Source: an uncultured Craurococcus sp. | GTDB taxonomy: Bacteria > Pseudomonadota > Alphaproteobacteria > Acetobacterales > Acetobacteraceae | Direction: 5' to 3' | Length of the DNA stretch: 64,000 nucleotides | Assembly (NCBI GenBank): GCA_902805545.1 | Contig: CADCTD010000040.1 | Location: 5,026 to 69,025 of the forward strand | Shown: positions 9,235 through 18,083 of the stretch, in pieces | Numbering within the stretch: position 1 is the stretch's first letter | Layout of the letters: each line of letters opens with the position of its first letter | Made by a program: the position numbers and the translations under genes | The notes under the pieces: model-generated | Database searches by the model: none | What the model was told of the DNA's origin: nothing | Seen by the model: the letters and a program-made list of their open reading frames with translations, nothing else

Positions 9235-10107
9235 ATGGCGACGAGCTTCCAACTGGGCGACCTCACCATCCACCAGGTGATCGAGCAGGAAGGGCCGTTC
9301 TTCGACCCGCTCACCTTCTTCCCGGGGCTGGCGCCGGAGCTGCTGGAGGAGAACCGCGCCTGGCTGGAGCCGCAGGCGATCGACCCGGCGACGGGCCAGC
9401 TGCGGCTCTGCATCCAGAGCTACGTGATCCGCACGCCGCACCACACCATCCTGGTCGACAGCTGCGTCGGCAACCACAAGCAACGGGCGCAGCCCTTCTG
9501 GAACAACAAGTCCGACGACACCTGGGAGCGCAACCTTGCCGCGACCGGCATCGCCCTCGGCGACATCGACTACGTGATGTGCACCCACCTGCATGTCGAC
9601 CATGTCGGCTGGAACACGCGGCTCGAGAACGGGCGCTGGGTGCCGACCTTCCCCAGGGCGCGCTACCTCTTCGCGGAGCGGGAGGTGGCGCATTGGCAGG
9701 CGGAGCACGCCAAGGCGGCGAACCCGGTCTTCGCCGACAGCGTGCTGCCGATCCTGGAGGCCGGGCGGGCGGAGCTGGTCGCCGAGGACCACGGCGTCGG
9801 CGACCACCTGCGGCTGACGCCGACGCCCGGCCATACGCCCGGCCACGTCGCCGTCGAGCTCGGCAAGGACGAGGTGATCGCCGTGCTGACCGGCGACCTC
9901 ATCCACTCGCCCCTGCAGATGCGCTACCCGGAGCTCTCGATGCGCGCCGACACCGACCGGACGCAGTCGGCCGAGACGCGCCGCCGCTTCCTCGAATGCC
10001 AGTGCGACACCGGGCGCCTGGTCTGCACGGCGCATTTCCCCTCCCCCTCCACCGGCCATGTCACGCGCTGGGGGAGCGGCTTCCGCTTCATGCCGACGGA
10101 GGGGTGA
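9235..10107 (+). CDS. MBL-fold metallo-hydrolase (lactonase-like)
   Basis: HLHVDHVGW (HxHxDH) and later TPGHTPGH. Start at MATSFQLGDL (M33 of the track ORF). Confidence 0.85.
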   Translation: MATSFQLGDLTIHQVIEQEGPFFDPLTFFPGLAPELLEENRAWLEPQAIDPATGQLRLCIQSYVIRTPHHTILVDSCVGNHKQRAQPFWNNKSDDTWERNLAATGIALGDIDYVMCTHLHVDHVGWNTRLENGRWVPTFPRARYLFAEREVAHWQAEHAKAANPVFADSVLPILEAGRAELVAEDHGVGDHLRLTPTPGHTPGHVAVELGKDEVIAVLTGDLIHSPLQMRYPELSMRADTDRTQSAETRRRFLECQCDTGRLVCTAHFPSPSTGHVTRWGSGFRFMPTEG

Positions 10108-10117
10108 GGCCCAGGGG

Positions 10118-11305
10118 GTGAGAGTAGGCATCATTGGCTGCGGCGTCGCCGGCAGCGTGCTGGCGGAGATGCTGATGGAGGAGCCCGGCTTCTCCGTCGA
10201 CATCTTCGATCGCCTGCCGCCTGGCCGCGAGGAGGAGGCGGGTACCGGCCTCACGTGCGGGCCGAACGCGATGAAGGCGCTGCGCCTCCACCTGCCCGCC
10301 CGCCATGCCGCGGTGCGCGCCGCCTCGCTGCCCTGGACCCGCTGGATCATCGAGACGGCGGAGGGCCAGCGCCTCTTCGACCTGCCGCTCGGCGAGGTGG
10401 CTGAGGAGCCCGGAATTCGCCTGCGCTGGCCAGAGCTCTACCGGCAGTTGCGCGCCCCGGTCGCCGACCTCACCCATCACGAGCTGGAGCTTGTGGCGGT
10501 GGAGGAGGATGCGGCCGGCCGCCTCGTCCCCGTGCTGGAAGCGCCCGACGGGGCCCGCCTCCGCCCGCGCGGCTATGAGCTGCTGGTCGCCGCGGACGGG
10601 CGCCACTCCGCGCTGCGGCGGCTGACGTCCGGGGCGCCGCGGCCGGCCTTGCACGGCATCGCCATGACGTGGCTGCTGGTGCCGGACGCGGCGGACTGTC
10701 CCTTCGACGAGTACGGCCAGTGGTTCAACGGGAATGCCCGGCTGCTGGCCTACCGGCTGCCGGGCGGCGCGGCCCATGTCGCCGGCGGCTTCCCCCTCGC
10801 CTCCGCCACCGCCGAGATCCCGCCCGAGGCCAGGACGGCCGCCGCCCAGCGCGCGCTCTACACGCCCGCGGACGGCCAGGCCTGCCCTGCCGTCGCCTGG
10901 ATGGTCGAGCGGCTGGCTGCCGGCGTCGAGCGGATCCGCTGGGCGCGGCTGCAGGACGTGCCGCTGCTGCGCACGGCCGCGGCCGGGCGGGTGCTGTTCC
11001 TCGGCGATGCGGCGCATGCCATGGTGCCGACGCTCGGCCAGGGCGCCACCCAGGCGATCGAGGACGGCGTCATCGCCGGGGCCGTGCTGCGGCGCGGCGG
11101 CGGGGCGGAGGATGTCGGCGCCTGGCGCGACACCCGCATCGAGTTCGTCCGCCGCTTCAGCCTCGAGGCGACGGACACGATGTTCCCGGGCGGCGACCCG
11201 GTGGCCGGGTCCATGGCCAAGCGCGAGCCGGAATTCCTGGGCAAGCTCCGGCGGCTCTACACCGACGTGCCGGGGCCGGAGGAATTCGCCCCCGTCCGGG
11301 TCTAG
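10118..11305 (+). CDS. FAD-dependent (class A flavoprotein) monooxygenase
   Basis: GTG start gives VRVGIIGCGVAGS (GxGxxG). Also ADGRHSALR and GDAAHAMVPTLGQGATQAIEDG motifs. Begins 11 nt after the MBL stop. Confidence 0.85.
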   Translation: MRVGIIGCGVAGSVLAEMLMEEPGFSVDIFDRLPPGREEEAGTGLTCGPNAMKALRLHLPARHAAVRAASLPWTRWIIETAEGQRLFDLPLGEVAEEPGIRLRWPELYRQLRAPVADLTHHELELVAVEEDAAGRLVPVLEAPDGARLRPRGYELLVAADGRHSALRRLTSGAPRPALHGIAMTWLLVPDAADCPFDEYGQWFNGNARLLAYRLPGGAAHVAGGFPLASATAEIPPEARTAAAQRALYTPADGQACPAVAWMVERLAAGVERIRWARLQDVPLLRTAAAGRVLFLGDAAHAMVPTLGQGATQAIEDGVIAGAVLRRGGGAEDVGAWRDTRIEFVRRFSLEATDTMFPGGDPVAGSMAKREPEFLGKLRRLYTDVPGPEEFAPVRV

Positions 11306-11343
11306 ACCTTGTTGCAACGAGGGCCAGCGCCATCTCCGCCGCC

Positions 11344-11910
11344 ATGGACATGCATGCCCCCACCATCGATGCAGCCACCGTCGCACGCCTCGCCGCCCGC
11401 CACCCGCTGCTGATCGGCGACCTCCGCTCCGACCATGCCGGCGAGACGGGAGCGGTGATGATCTATCGCGGCATCCTGGCCTGCTCCCGCGACGCGGCGG
11501 TGCGGGACTTCGCCGCCCGGCACCTGGAGACGGAGGCCGGGCATCTCCGCCTGCTGGACGGGCTGCTGGCGCCTGGGCAGCGCAGCCGCCTGCTCCCGAT
11601 CTGGCGCGTCGCCGGCTGGCTGACCGGGGCGCTGCCGGCACTCGTCGGGCCGGCGGCGGTGCAGGTGACGATCGAGGCGGTCGAGACCTTCGTCGACCAC
11701 CACTACCAGGAACAGATCGACCGGCTTCCCGGGACCGGGGAGGCCGGCGCGGTGCGGGCCCTGCTCGAGCATTGCCGCCTGGAGGAGGTCGAGCACCGCG
11801 ACGAGGCGGCGGAGCTGCTCGGCGCCGGGCGCGGATGGCTGGCGCGGCTCTGGGGCGGCATCGTCGGGCGGGGCAGCGCCGCGGCGGTCGCGGCGGCGCG
11901 ACGGATCTAG
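11344..11910 (+). CDS. coq7: demethoxyubiquinone hydroxylase, Coq7 family (di-iron carboxylate)
   Basis: RSDHAGETGAVMIY motif plus two ExxH motifs (ETEAGH, EEVEH). 188 aa from MDMHAPTID. Confidence 0.85.
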   Translation: MDMHAPTIDAATVARLAARHPLLIGDLRSDHAGETGAVMIYRGILACSRDAAVRDFAARHLETEAGHLRLLDGLLAPGQRSRLLPIWRVAGWLTGALPALVGPAAVQVTIEAVETFVDHHYQEQIDRLPGTGEAGAVRALLEHCRLEEVEHRDEAAELLGAGRGWLARLWGGIVGRGSAAAVAAARRI

Positions 11911-11961
11911 GGCGGTTTCCGTCCGCACCGGCCCACGGACCCCGCCCTGGATTGTTGTCTT
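11910..11961 (+). terminator. possible intrinsic terminator after coq7
   Basis: Nested stem GGGCGG..GTCCG-N10-CGGAC..CCGCCC, followed by the U-rich tail TGGATTGTTGTCTT. Confidence 0.35.
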
Positions 11962-12188
11962 ACCGGGCAGATTGCTCCGATCGGATGATTCATCCGGTCG
12001 GAGTTTGCCCTAAGCCAGTTCCGGCCCACGCTTAGGCACGTCCCGGAGCGGGTCGCCGGAGGCTGGAACGGCTCCAGGCATCAATCACGCGACAAGACAA
12101 CATCTTAGGGCACGATCCGCCATCCCATGATCGTGGATCATGCCCTGGGCGCGAATGGCCTTCCCGCTCACCGGCCTGCCCACCCTGC

Positions 12189-12377
12189 CTAGGAATTCAG
12201 CCGTAGCCCGTATTTGGCTGAGATGCCGCGGTGCTTGCCGCTGTCGAGTTCATCGTTCCCTCCGGCGATGCGGAAGCCGATGACCATGATCGCAGTGCCC
12301 AGGCGCTCGATGATTATGGCCAGGAGGCTGACCGCCATGGCCAGCACGATCAGCGGAATGGCGAAAAACAGTCTCAT
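12189..12377 (-). CDS. possible small hydrophobic protein (62 aa)
   Basis: MRLFFAIPLIVLAMAVSLLAIIIERLGTAIMVIGF... has one or two TM-like helices. A GGAG lies 11 nt upstream. Codons (aga, ttt, att, ata, aaa, aat) are atypical for this genome. Lies in an AT-rich gap. Confidence 0.3.
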   Translation of the reverse strand: MRLFFAIPLIVLAMAVSLLAIIIERLGTAIMVIGFRIAGGNDELDSGKHRGISAKYGLRLNS

Positions 12378-12597
12378 CGCTCGGCGTACTCCATGGCGGC
12401 GGGGACATGCGCCCGCGGTGTCGCCCGGCAAATCCCGGGCAGGAAGCCTGCGACGGCTGGGCCGGCACGCATCATTCCGGAGCGCTTCCAGGCCTGAGAG
12501 GTTCAACCGGGTCTAGGCGGTTTCGGCGGAGAACCGCCCAGCCAGCCATAACGTTACCGCTCCACGGCCGATCCGGGCCCGAACAGCCCGAGCCGCT

Positions 12598-13635
12598 TCA
12601 GAGCACCGCCTCCGCCGCCACCCGCAGCGCCTCGGGCGTCGCGCCGGTGAGGACGACGGTGCCGACCTTCCCCTCCTTCGCCACCGCCTTCCAGTCCTGC
12701 AGCCGGCCGCGGATGCGGTCGGCAGTACCGATGAGGGCGATCTCGTCCACCAGCCTGTCCGGCACCGCGGCCGCCGCCTCCGCCTTGCGGCCATCGAGGA
12801 AGGCGTCCTGGATCTTCACCGCCGCCTCCTCGTAGCCAAGGCGCCTGCAGTAGTCGTTGTAGAAATTCTTCCCCCGCGCCCCCATGCCGCCGATGTAGAG
12901 CGCGAGCTCCGGCTTCGCCGCATCGCGGCAGGCCTGGAGGTCGTCGCCGAGGCGGATCTTGGTATAGGGCGCGATGTCGAAGCCCTCGAGCCCGCGCCCC
13001 GCCTTCGCCATGCCCTCGAGCGTCGGCCTGACCACCACGTCCGCGCCCTCCGGCGACATGAAGATCGGCAGGTTGCCATCGGCGATCTCGCCCGAGAGCC
13101 GCATGCCGCCCGGCGTGATCGAGGCGGTGTAGATCGGCAGCGCGCGGTCGCCATGGATGATGCTGCGCAGCGGCTTGCCGAGCCCGCTCGCCCCCGGTCC
13201 CTTGTAGGGGATCTGGTAGTGCTCGCCCTCATGCTCCAGCGGCTTCTCGCGGGCGAGGATGGCGCGGATGATCTCCACATACTCCCGCGTGCGGCCGAGC
13301 GGCTTGCCATAGGGCTCGCCATGCCACCCCTCCACCACCTGCGGGCCGGACGGGCCGATGCCGCAGAGGAAGCGGTTGCCGGACAGCGCCTGCAGCGTCA
13401 TCGCCGTCATCGCCGCGCAGGTCGGCGTGCGCGCCGGCATCTGCATGATGCCGGTGCCCGCCCTGATGCGCGTGGTGCGGGCCAGCACCCAGGCGATGGG
13501 CGTCACCGCATCCGTCCCGTAGGATTCGCCGCACCAGACGGCGTCGAAGCCCAGCCGCTCCGCCTCCAGCACGAGGTCCATCTCGAGCTGCGGCTGCGCG
13601 CCGCGGATCATGCCGATGGTGATGCCGAGCTTCAT
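12598..13635 (-). CDS. LLM-class (luciferase-like) F420-dependent oxidoreductase
   Basis: MKLGITIG...LGFDAVWCGESYGTDAVTPIAWV...GIGPSGPQVVEGWHG is typical of LLM flavin/F420 enzymes. Lies in the F420 island. Confidence 0.85.
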   Translation of the reverse strand: MKLGITIGMIRGAQPQLEMDLVLEAERLGFDAVWCGESYGTDAVTPIAWVLARTTRIRAGTGIMQMPARTPTCAAMTAMTLQALSGNRFLCGIGPSGPQVVEGWHGEPYGKPLGRTREYVEIIRAILAREKPLEHEGEHYQIPYKGPGASGLGKPLRSIIHGDRALPIYTASITPGGMRLSGEIADGNLPIFMSPEGADVVVRPTLEGMAKAGRGLEGFDIAPYTKIRLGDDLQACRDAAKPELALYIGGMGARGKNFYNDYCRRLGYEEAAVKIQDAFLDGRKAEAAAAVPDRLVDEIALIGTADRIRGRLQDWKAVAKEGKVGTVVLTGATPEALRVAAEAVL

Positions 13636-13640
13636 GGCGC

Positions 13641-14591
13641 TCAGACCTCCGCCAGGATGGTGTCGCGGAAGGCGCGCATGGCATCGAGCACCCCCTCCGC
13701 CGTCTCGCCGGGGAAGGTGAAGTCGATCGCGCCGAGGCCGAGCGCGCGCAGCGCGCGCAGGTCGGCCACGATCTCCGCCGGCGTGCCGGAGAAGAGCCGC
13801 CGCTCCCCGTCCCCCGCCCGCGCCGGCACCTCCGGCCCGTATCTCTGCACGCGATAGGCGAGCGCCACCGCCGCCGGGTCGCGGCCGGCAGCGCGGACCA
13901 GGCCGTGCAGCTTGTCGATCGCGGCCCCGTACCGGGCGAGGCTGTCGAGCGGATGGGAGGGGTTGGTGCCGATCGGATACCAGCCATCGCCGAGCCGCGC
14001 CGCCCGCCGCAGCGCCGGCCCGCTCTCGCCGCCGACCCAGATGGGCAGCGGGTCCTGCACCGGCTTCGGCGCGAAGCCGATGCCGCCGAAGCGCACATGC
14101 TCGCCCTCGAAGCGCGGCTCCTCCTCCGTCCAGAGCGCGCGGGCGGCGAGGATGTACTCGTCCGTCACCTTGCCGCGGGCCTCGAAATCCGGCGCCTGCA
14201 GGGCCTCGAATTCCTCGCGCAGCCAGCCGGCGCCGATGCCGACGGTGAGCCGCCCGCCCGACAGCACGTCGATTGTCGAGAGGATCTTCGCCGCCAGCAT
14301 CGCCGGCCGGTGCGGCACCACCATCACCGAGGTGACGATGCGAAGCCGCTCCGTCCGGGCCGCGAGGAACATCGCCTGGGTCAGCTGCTCATGCCGCTCG
14401 CCGCGGCTGCCGGCCGGGAACTCGCCGGTATCGGTATAGGGATATTTCGCGCCGATCTCGCGCGGGATCACCACATGGTCGCTGACGGTCGCATAGTGGA
14501 AGCCGAGCGCCTCGGCGCCCCGGGCCAGGCGGGTCAGCGCCTCCGGCGTCGCCAGCGGCCCGCCGCTCGGCGCGTTGAAGCCGATCTGCAT
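13641..14591 (-). CDS. LLM-class F420-dependent oxidoreductase (Rv2161c-like subgroup)
   Basis: Start at MQIGFNAPSGG (M27 of the track ORF). Contains VSDHVV, SGGRLTVGIGAGWLREEFEA and PIWVGGES motifs. Ends 5 nt upstream of the next LLM gene. Confidence 0.85.
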   Translation of the reverse strand: MQIGFNAPSGGPLATPEALTRLARGAEALGFHYATVSDHVVIPREIGAKYPYTDTGEFPAGSRGERHEQLTQAMFLAARTERLRIVTSVMVVPHRPAMLAAKILSTIDVLSGGRLTVGIGAGWLREEFEALQAPDFEARGKVTDEYILAARALWTEEEPRFEGEHVRFGGIGFAPKPVQDPLPIWVGGESGPALRRAARLGDGWYPIGTNPSHPLDSLARYGAAIDKLHGLVRAAGRDPAAVALAYRVQRYGPEVPARAGDGERRLFSGTPAEIVADLRALRALGLGAIDFTFPGETAEGVLDAMRAFRDTILAEV

Positions 14592-14679
14592 GCTGTCCGT
14601 CTCCTCTCCCGTGGCGTTGCGTCCCGCGGGGCTCTGCCACAGGATGCGGCGAGCCCGGAGGACGGGCAAGGGTGACGGG

Positions 14680-17040
14680 ATGGATGCGCTTCTGAACCGG
14701 CCGCTGGCGGCGCTGATGGCGGAGGCCGCTTCCCTGCGCGATGCAGGGCATGGGCGGCTCTTCTCCTATTCGCGGAAGGTCTTCATTCCGCTGACCAGGC
14801 TTTGCCGCGATGTCTGCCACTACTGCACCTTCGCCGAGAAGCCGCGGCCGGGGCGCAACCCCTACCTCACGCCGGAGGAGGTGCTGGCCATCGCCCGCGC
14901 CGGCGCCGCGGCCGGCTGCACCGAGGCGCTCTTCACCCTCGGCGACAAGCCGGAGCTGCGCTGGCCGGCGGCGCGGGAGGCGCTTGATGCGCTCGGCCAC
15001 GCCAGCACCATCGACTATCTCGTCGCCATGTGCGGCCTGGTGCTGCGGGAGACCGGGCTGCTGCCGCATGCCAATCCCGGCGTGATGACGCGGGAGGAGA
15101 TCGCCGCGCTGCGTGAGGTGACGGCGAGCCAGGGCATCATGCTGGAGAGCACCAGCGCACGGCTCTCAGCGCCCGGCGGCGTCCACTACGGCAGCCCGGA
15201 CAAGGACCCGGCGCTCCGCCTCGGCGTGCTGCGGATGGCGGGCGAGCTGCGCGTGCCCTTCACCACCGGCATCCTGATCGGCATCGGCGAGACGCGCGCG
15301 GAGCGGATCGAGGCGCTCCAGGCCATCGCCGCGCTGCAGGCCGGGCACGGCCACATCCAGGAAGTCATCATCCAGAATTTCCGCGCCAAGCCCGGCACCA
15401 AGCTCGCGGGCGCCGCGGAGCCGGATCTCGACGACCTGCTCTGGACGATCGCCGTGGCGCGCATCCTGCTCGGCCCGGCGATGAACATCCAGGCGCCGCC
15501 CAACCTCTCGCCCGGCATCTACCAGCGTCTCGTCGCGGCCGGGCTGAACGACTGGGGCGGCGTCTCCCCCGTCACCATCGACCATGTGAACCCCGAGGCG
15601 CCCTGGCCGGAGATCGCGGCGCTGGCGGCGCGCACGGCGGAGGCCGGCAAGGTGCTGGTGCAGCGCCTCCCCGCCTACCCCACCTATGTCCGCGCAGCCG
15701 AGCAATGGATTGCCCCCGCCGTCGCGCCGCGGCTGCGCCAGTCGAGCGATGCGGAGGGGTGGGCCCGCGAGGACCGATGGTCGCCGGGCGAGCTGACGCC
15801 GCCGGCCCTGCCCGCGCCGCGCCTCGCCACGGCCGACGCCGCGCTCGCCCGCGATGTCGAGCGGGCCACGGCCGGCGAGAGGCTCGCCCCCCCCGCCATC
15901 ATGCGCCTCTTCGCCGCGCGCGACGCCGACTTCGCCCATGTCACGCAGGCGGCCGATGCGCTGCGCCGCACGGTCTCCGGCGAGACGGTGCGCTACGTCG
16001 TCAACCGCAACATCAACTACACGAACATCTGCACCTATCGCTGCCATTTCTGCGCCTTCAGCAAGGGCCGCACGCATGAGGCGCTGCGCGGCCCCGCCTA
16101 CGACCTCGACCATGGCGAGATCCTCCGCCGCGCCGTCGAGGCCTGGGATCGCGGCGCAACGGAGGTCTGCCTCCAGGGCGGCATCCACCCCGACTACACC
16201 GGCGAGACCTATGTGGGCATCTGCCAGGCGATCCGCGCCGTGCTGCCGGAGATGCATATCCATGCCTTCTCCCCGCTCGAGGTGACGCAGGGCGCGGCGA
16301 CGCTCGGCCTCACGCTTCCCGCCTATCTCGCGCGGCTGAAATCGGCCGGCCTCGGCACGCTGCCCGGGACGGCGGCCGAGATCCTCGACGACGAGATCCG
16401 CGCCATAATCTGCCCGGACAAGGTGAACACGGCGGAATGGCTGGCCGTGGCGCGGGCCGCGCATGGGCTCGGGCTCAGGACGACGGCGACGATCATGTTC
16501 GGCCATGTCGAGGCCCCGGTGAACTGGGCGCGGCACCTGCTCGCGCTGCGCGACCTGCAGGCGGAGAACCAGGCGAGGGGATGGGGCGGCTTCACCGAAT
16601 TCGTCCCCCTCCCCTTCGTTGCCATGGAGGCGCCGATGTTCCTCAAGGGCCAGGCCCGCCGCGGCCCCACCTTCCGCGAGGCGCTGCTGATGCACGGCGT
16701 CGCGCGCCTCGTCCTGCATCCGCATATCCCGAACATCCAGACCAGCTGGGTGAAGATGGGCCCGCAGGGGGCGGCGATGGCGCTCCAGGCCGGGGCGAAC
16801 GACCTGGGCGGCACGCTGATGAACGAGAGCATCAGCCGCGCCGCCGGCACGCAGCACGGCCAGGAATTCCCGCCCTCCGCGATGGAGGCGCTGATCCGCT
16901 CCATCGGCCGGGTGCCCGCCCAGCGGACGACGCTCTACGGCCCGGTCCCGGAGGCCCGCCGGCACGCAGCCTTCGAGGCGCCAGCGCTGGCGCCGGTAGT
17001 GCAGACCGCCCCACGGAAGCGGGAGGCAGTCGGCGGCTGA
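14680..17040 (+). CDS. fbiC: 7,8-didemethyl-8-hydroxy-5-deazariboflavin (FO) synthase, fused CofG/CofH
   Basis: Two radical-SAM CxxxCxxC motifs (CRDVCHYCTF and CTYRCHFCAF) in two homologous halves. 786 aa from MDALLNRP. Confidence 0.92.
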   Translation: MDALLNRPLAALMAEAASLRDAGHGRLFSYSRKVFIPLTRLCRDVCHYCTFAEKPRPGRNPYLTPEEVLAIARAGAAAGCTEALFTLGDKPELRWPAAREALDALGHASTIDYLVAMCGLVLRETGLLPHANPGVMTREEIAALREVTASQGIMLESTSARLSAPGGVHYGSPDKDPALRLGVLRMAGELRVPFTTGILIGIGETRAERIEALQAIAALQAGHGHIQEVIIQNFRAKPGTKLAGAAEPDLDDLLWTIAVARILLGPAMNIQAPPNLSPGIYQRLVAAGLNDWGGVSPVTIDHVNPEAPWPEIAALAARTAEAGKVLVQRLPAYPTYVRAAEQWIAPAVAPRLRQSSDAEGWAREDRWSPGELTPPALPAPRLATADAALARDVERATAGERLAPPAIMRLFAARDADFAHVTQAADALRRTVSGETVRYVVNRNINYTNICTYRCHFCAFSKGRTHEALRGPAYDLDHGEILRRAVEAWDRGATEVCLQGGIHPDYTGETYVGICQAIRAVLPEMHIHAFSPLEVTQGAATLGLTLPAYLARLKSAGLGTLPGTAAEILDDEIRAIICPDKVNTAEWLAVARAAHGLGLRTTATIMFGHVEAPVNWARHLLALRDLQAENQARGWGGFTEFVPLPFVAMEAPMFLKGQARRGPTFREALLMHGVARLVLHPHIPNIQTSWVKMGPQGAAMALQAGANDLGGTLMNESISRAAGTQHGQEFPPSAMEALIRSIGRVPAQRTTLYGPVPEARRHAAFEAPALAPVVQTAPRKREAVGG

Positions 17041-17093
17041 TCGATTTCCCGGCGGTTCTGCGTTATGGGGCGACGAACCTCTTGCCGGAGAGA

Positions 17094-18083
17094 ATGATGC
17101 CCCATCGCCGCCTGCTGCTGACGGCCGCCGCCCTCAGCCTGCCCGCGCTTGCCGCCCGCGCCCAATCCTTCCCGGAGCGGAGCTTGCGGATCGTCGTGCC
17201 CTTCGCCCCCGGCGGCGCTGTCGACCTCACCGGCCGATTGCTGGCGGAGCAGTTGCAGCCCGTGCTGAAGCAGAACGTCGTCGTCGATAATCGCGGCGGC
17301 GCCGGCGGCAATCTCGGCGCGGATGCGGTGGCGAAGGCGGAGAAGGACGGCTACTCGGTCCTGCTCGGCTCGGCCAACATCCTCTGCGCCAACAAATTCC
17401 TCTTCCGCCGCTCGATGCCGCTCGACCCCATGCGCGACCTGGCGCCGGTGACGCGGGTGACGACGGGCACCGTGGTGCTGATCGTGAACGGCCGCAGCCC
17501 CTACAAGACCTTCCAGGACCTGATCGCCGCGGCGAAGAAGGACCCCGGCAAGCTCACCATGGGCTCCTCCGGCACCGGGACGGTCAGCCACCTCACCATC
17601 GAATCGGTGAAGCGCGCGGCGGGCGTCGACATCACCCATGTGCCCTATCGCGGCGGCGGGCCGGCCTTCCAGGACCTGCTGGCCGGCAATATCGACCTGA
17701 TGTTCGATGTGATCCCGGCGGCGATCGCCAATATCCGCGAGGGCGCTTTCCGCCCGCTCGCCGTCGGCAGCGCCGAGCGCATCGCCTATGTGCCGGAGCT
17801 GCGCGAGGTGCCCTCGATGAAGGAGCTGCTGCCCGGCTCGAACATCGACATGCAGAGCTGGTACGGCATCAACGCCCCGGCGGGCACGCCGGCCGACCGC
17901 ATCGGCATCCTGCACCGGGCGCTGGCGCAGGTGGTGCAGGGCGATGCCTTCCGCCAGAAGATGGAGCCGATCGGCTTCACCCCCGTCGTGGACGAGTCGC
18001 CCGCCGCCTATGGCGAGTACATGCGCGCGCAGGAGAAGGTCTGGCGGAAGCTCGTCGAGGATTCCGGCGCCACTATGGAGTGA
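17094..18083 (+). CDS. Bug-family tripartite tricarboxylate transporter substrate-binding protein
   Basis: Signal peptide, then FPERSLRIVVPFAPGGAVD, NRGGAGGN and HVPYRGGGPA hallmarks. Begins 53 nt after fbiC. Confidence 0.9.
   Translation: MMPHRRLLLTAAALSLPALAARAQSFPERSLRIVVPFAPGGAVDLTGRLLAEQLQPVLKQNVVVDNRGGAGGNLGADAVAKAEKDGYSVLLGSANILCANKFLFRRSMPLDPMRDLAPVTRVTTGTVVLIVNGRSPYKTFQDLIAAAKKDPGKLTMGSSGTGTVSHLTIESVKRAAGVDITHVPYRGGGPAFQDLLAGNIDLMFDVIPAAIANIREGAFRPLAVGSAERIAYVPELREVPSMKELLPGSNIDMQSWYGINAPAGTPADRIGILHRALAQVVQGDAFRQKMEPIGFTPVVDESPAAYGEYMRAQEKVWRKLVEDSGATME

Noticed and set aside
11312-11319. TTGCAAC/GTTGCAAC motif recurring in intergenic regions (11312, 28491, 33227)
   Set aside because: About two occurrences of the 7-mer are expected by chance in the window. 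All three sit in locally AT-rich promoter DNA, and they share no consistent spacing or flanking context.
12214-12835. Plus-strand ORFs 12214-12516 and 12407-12835 in the AT-rich gap
   Set aside because: They have Arg/Ser/Pro-rich junk composition and no RBS. They overlap the better-supported minus-strand small ORF and the LLM gene 3' end.
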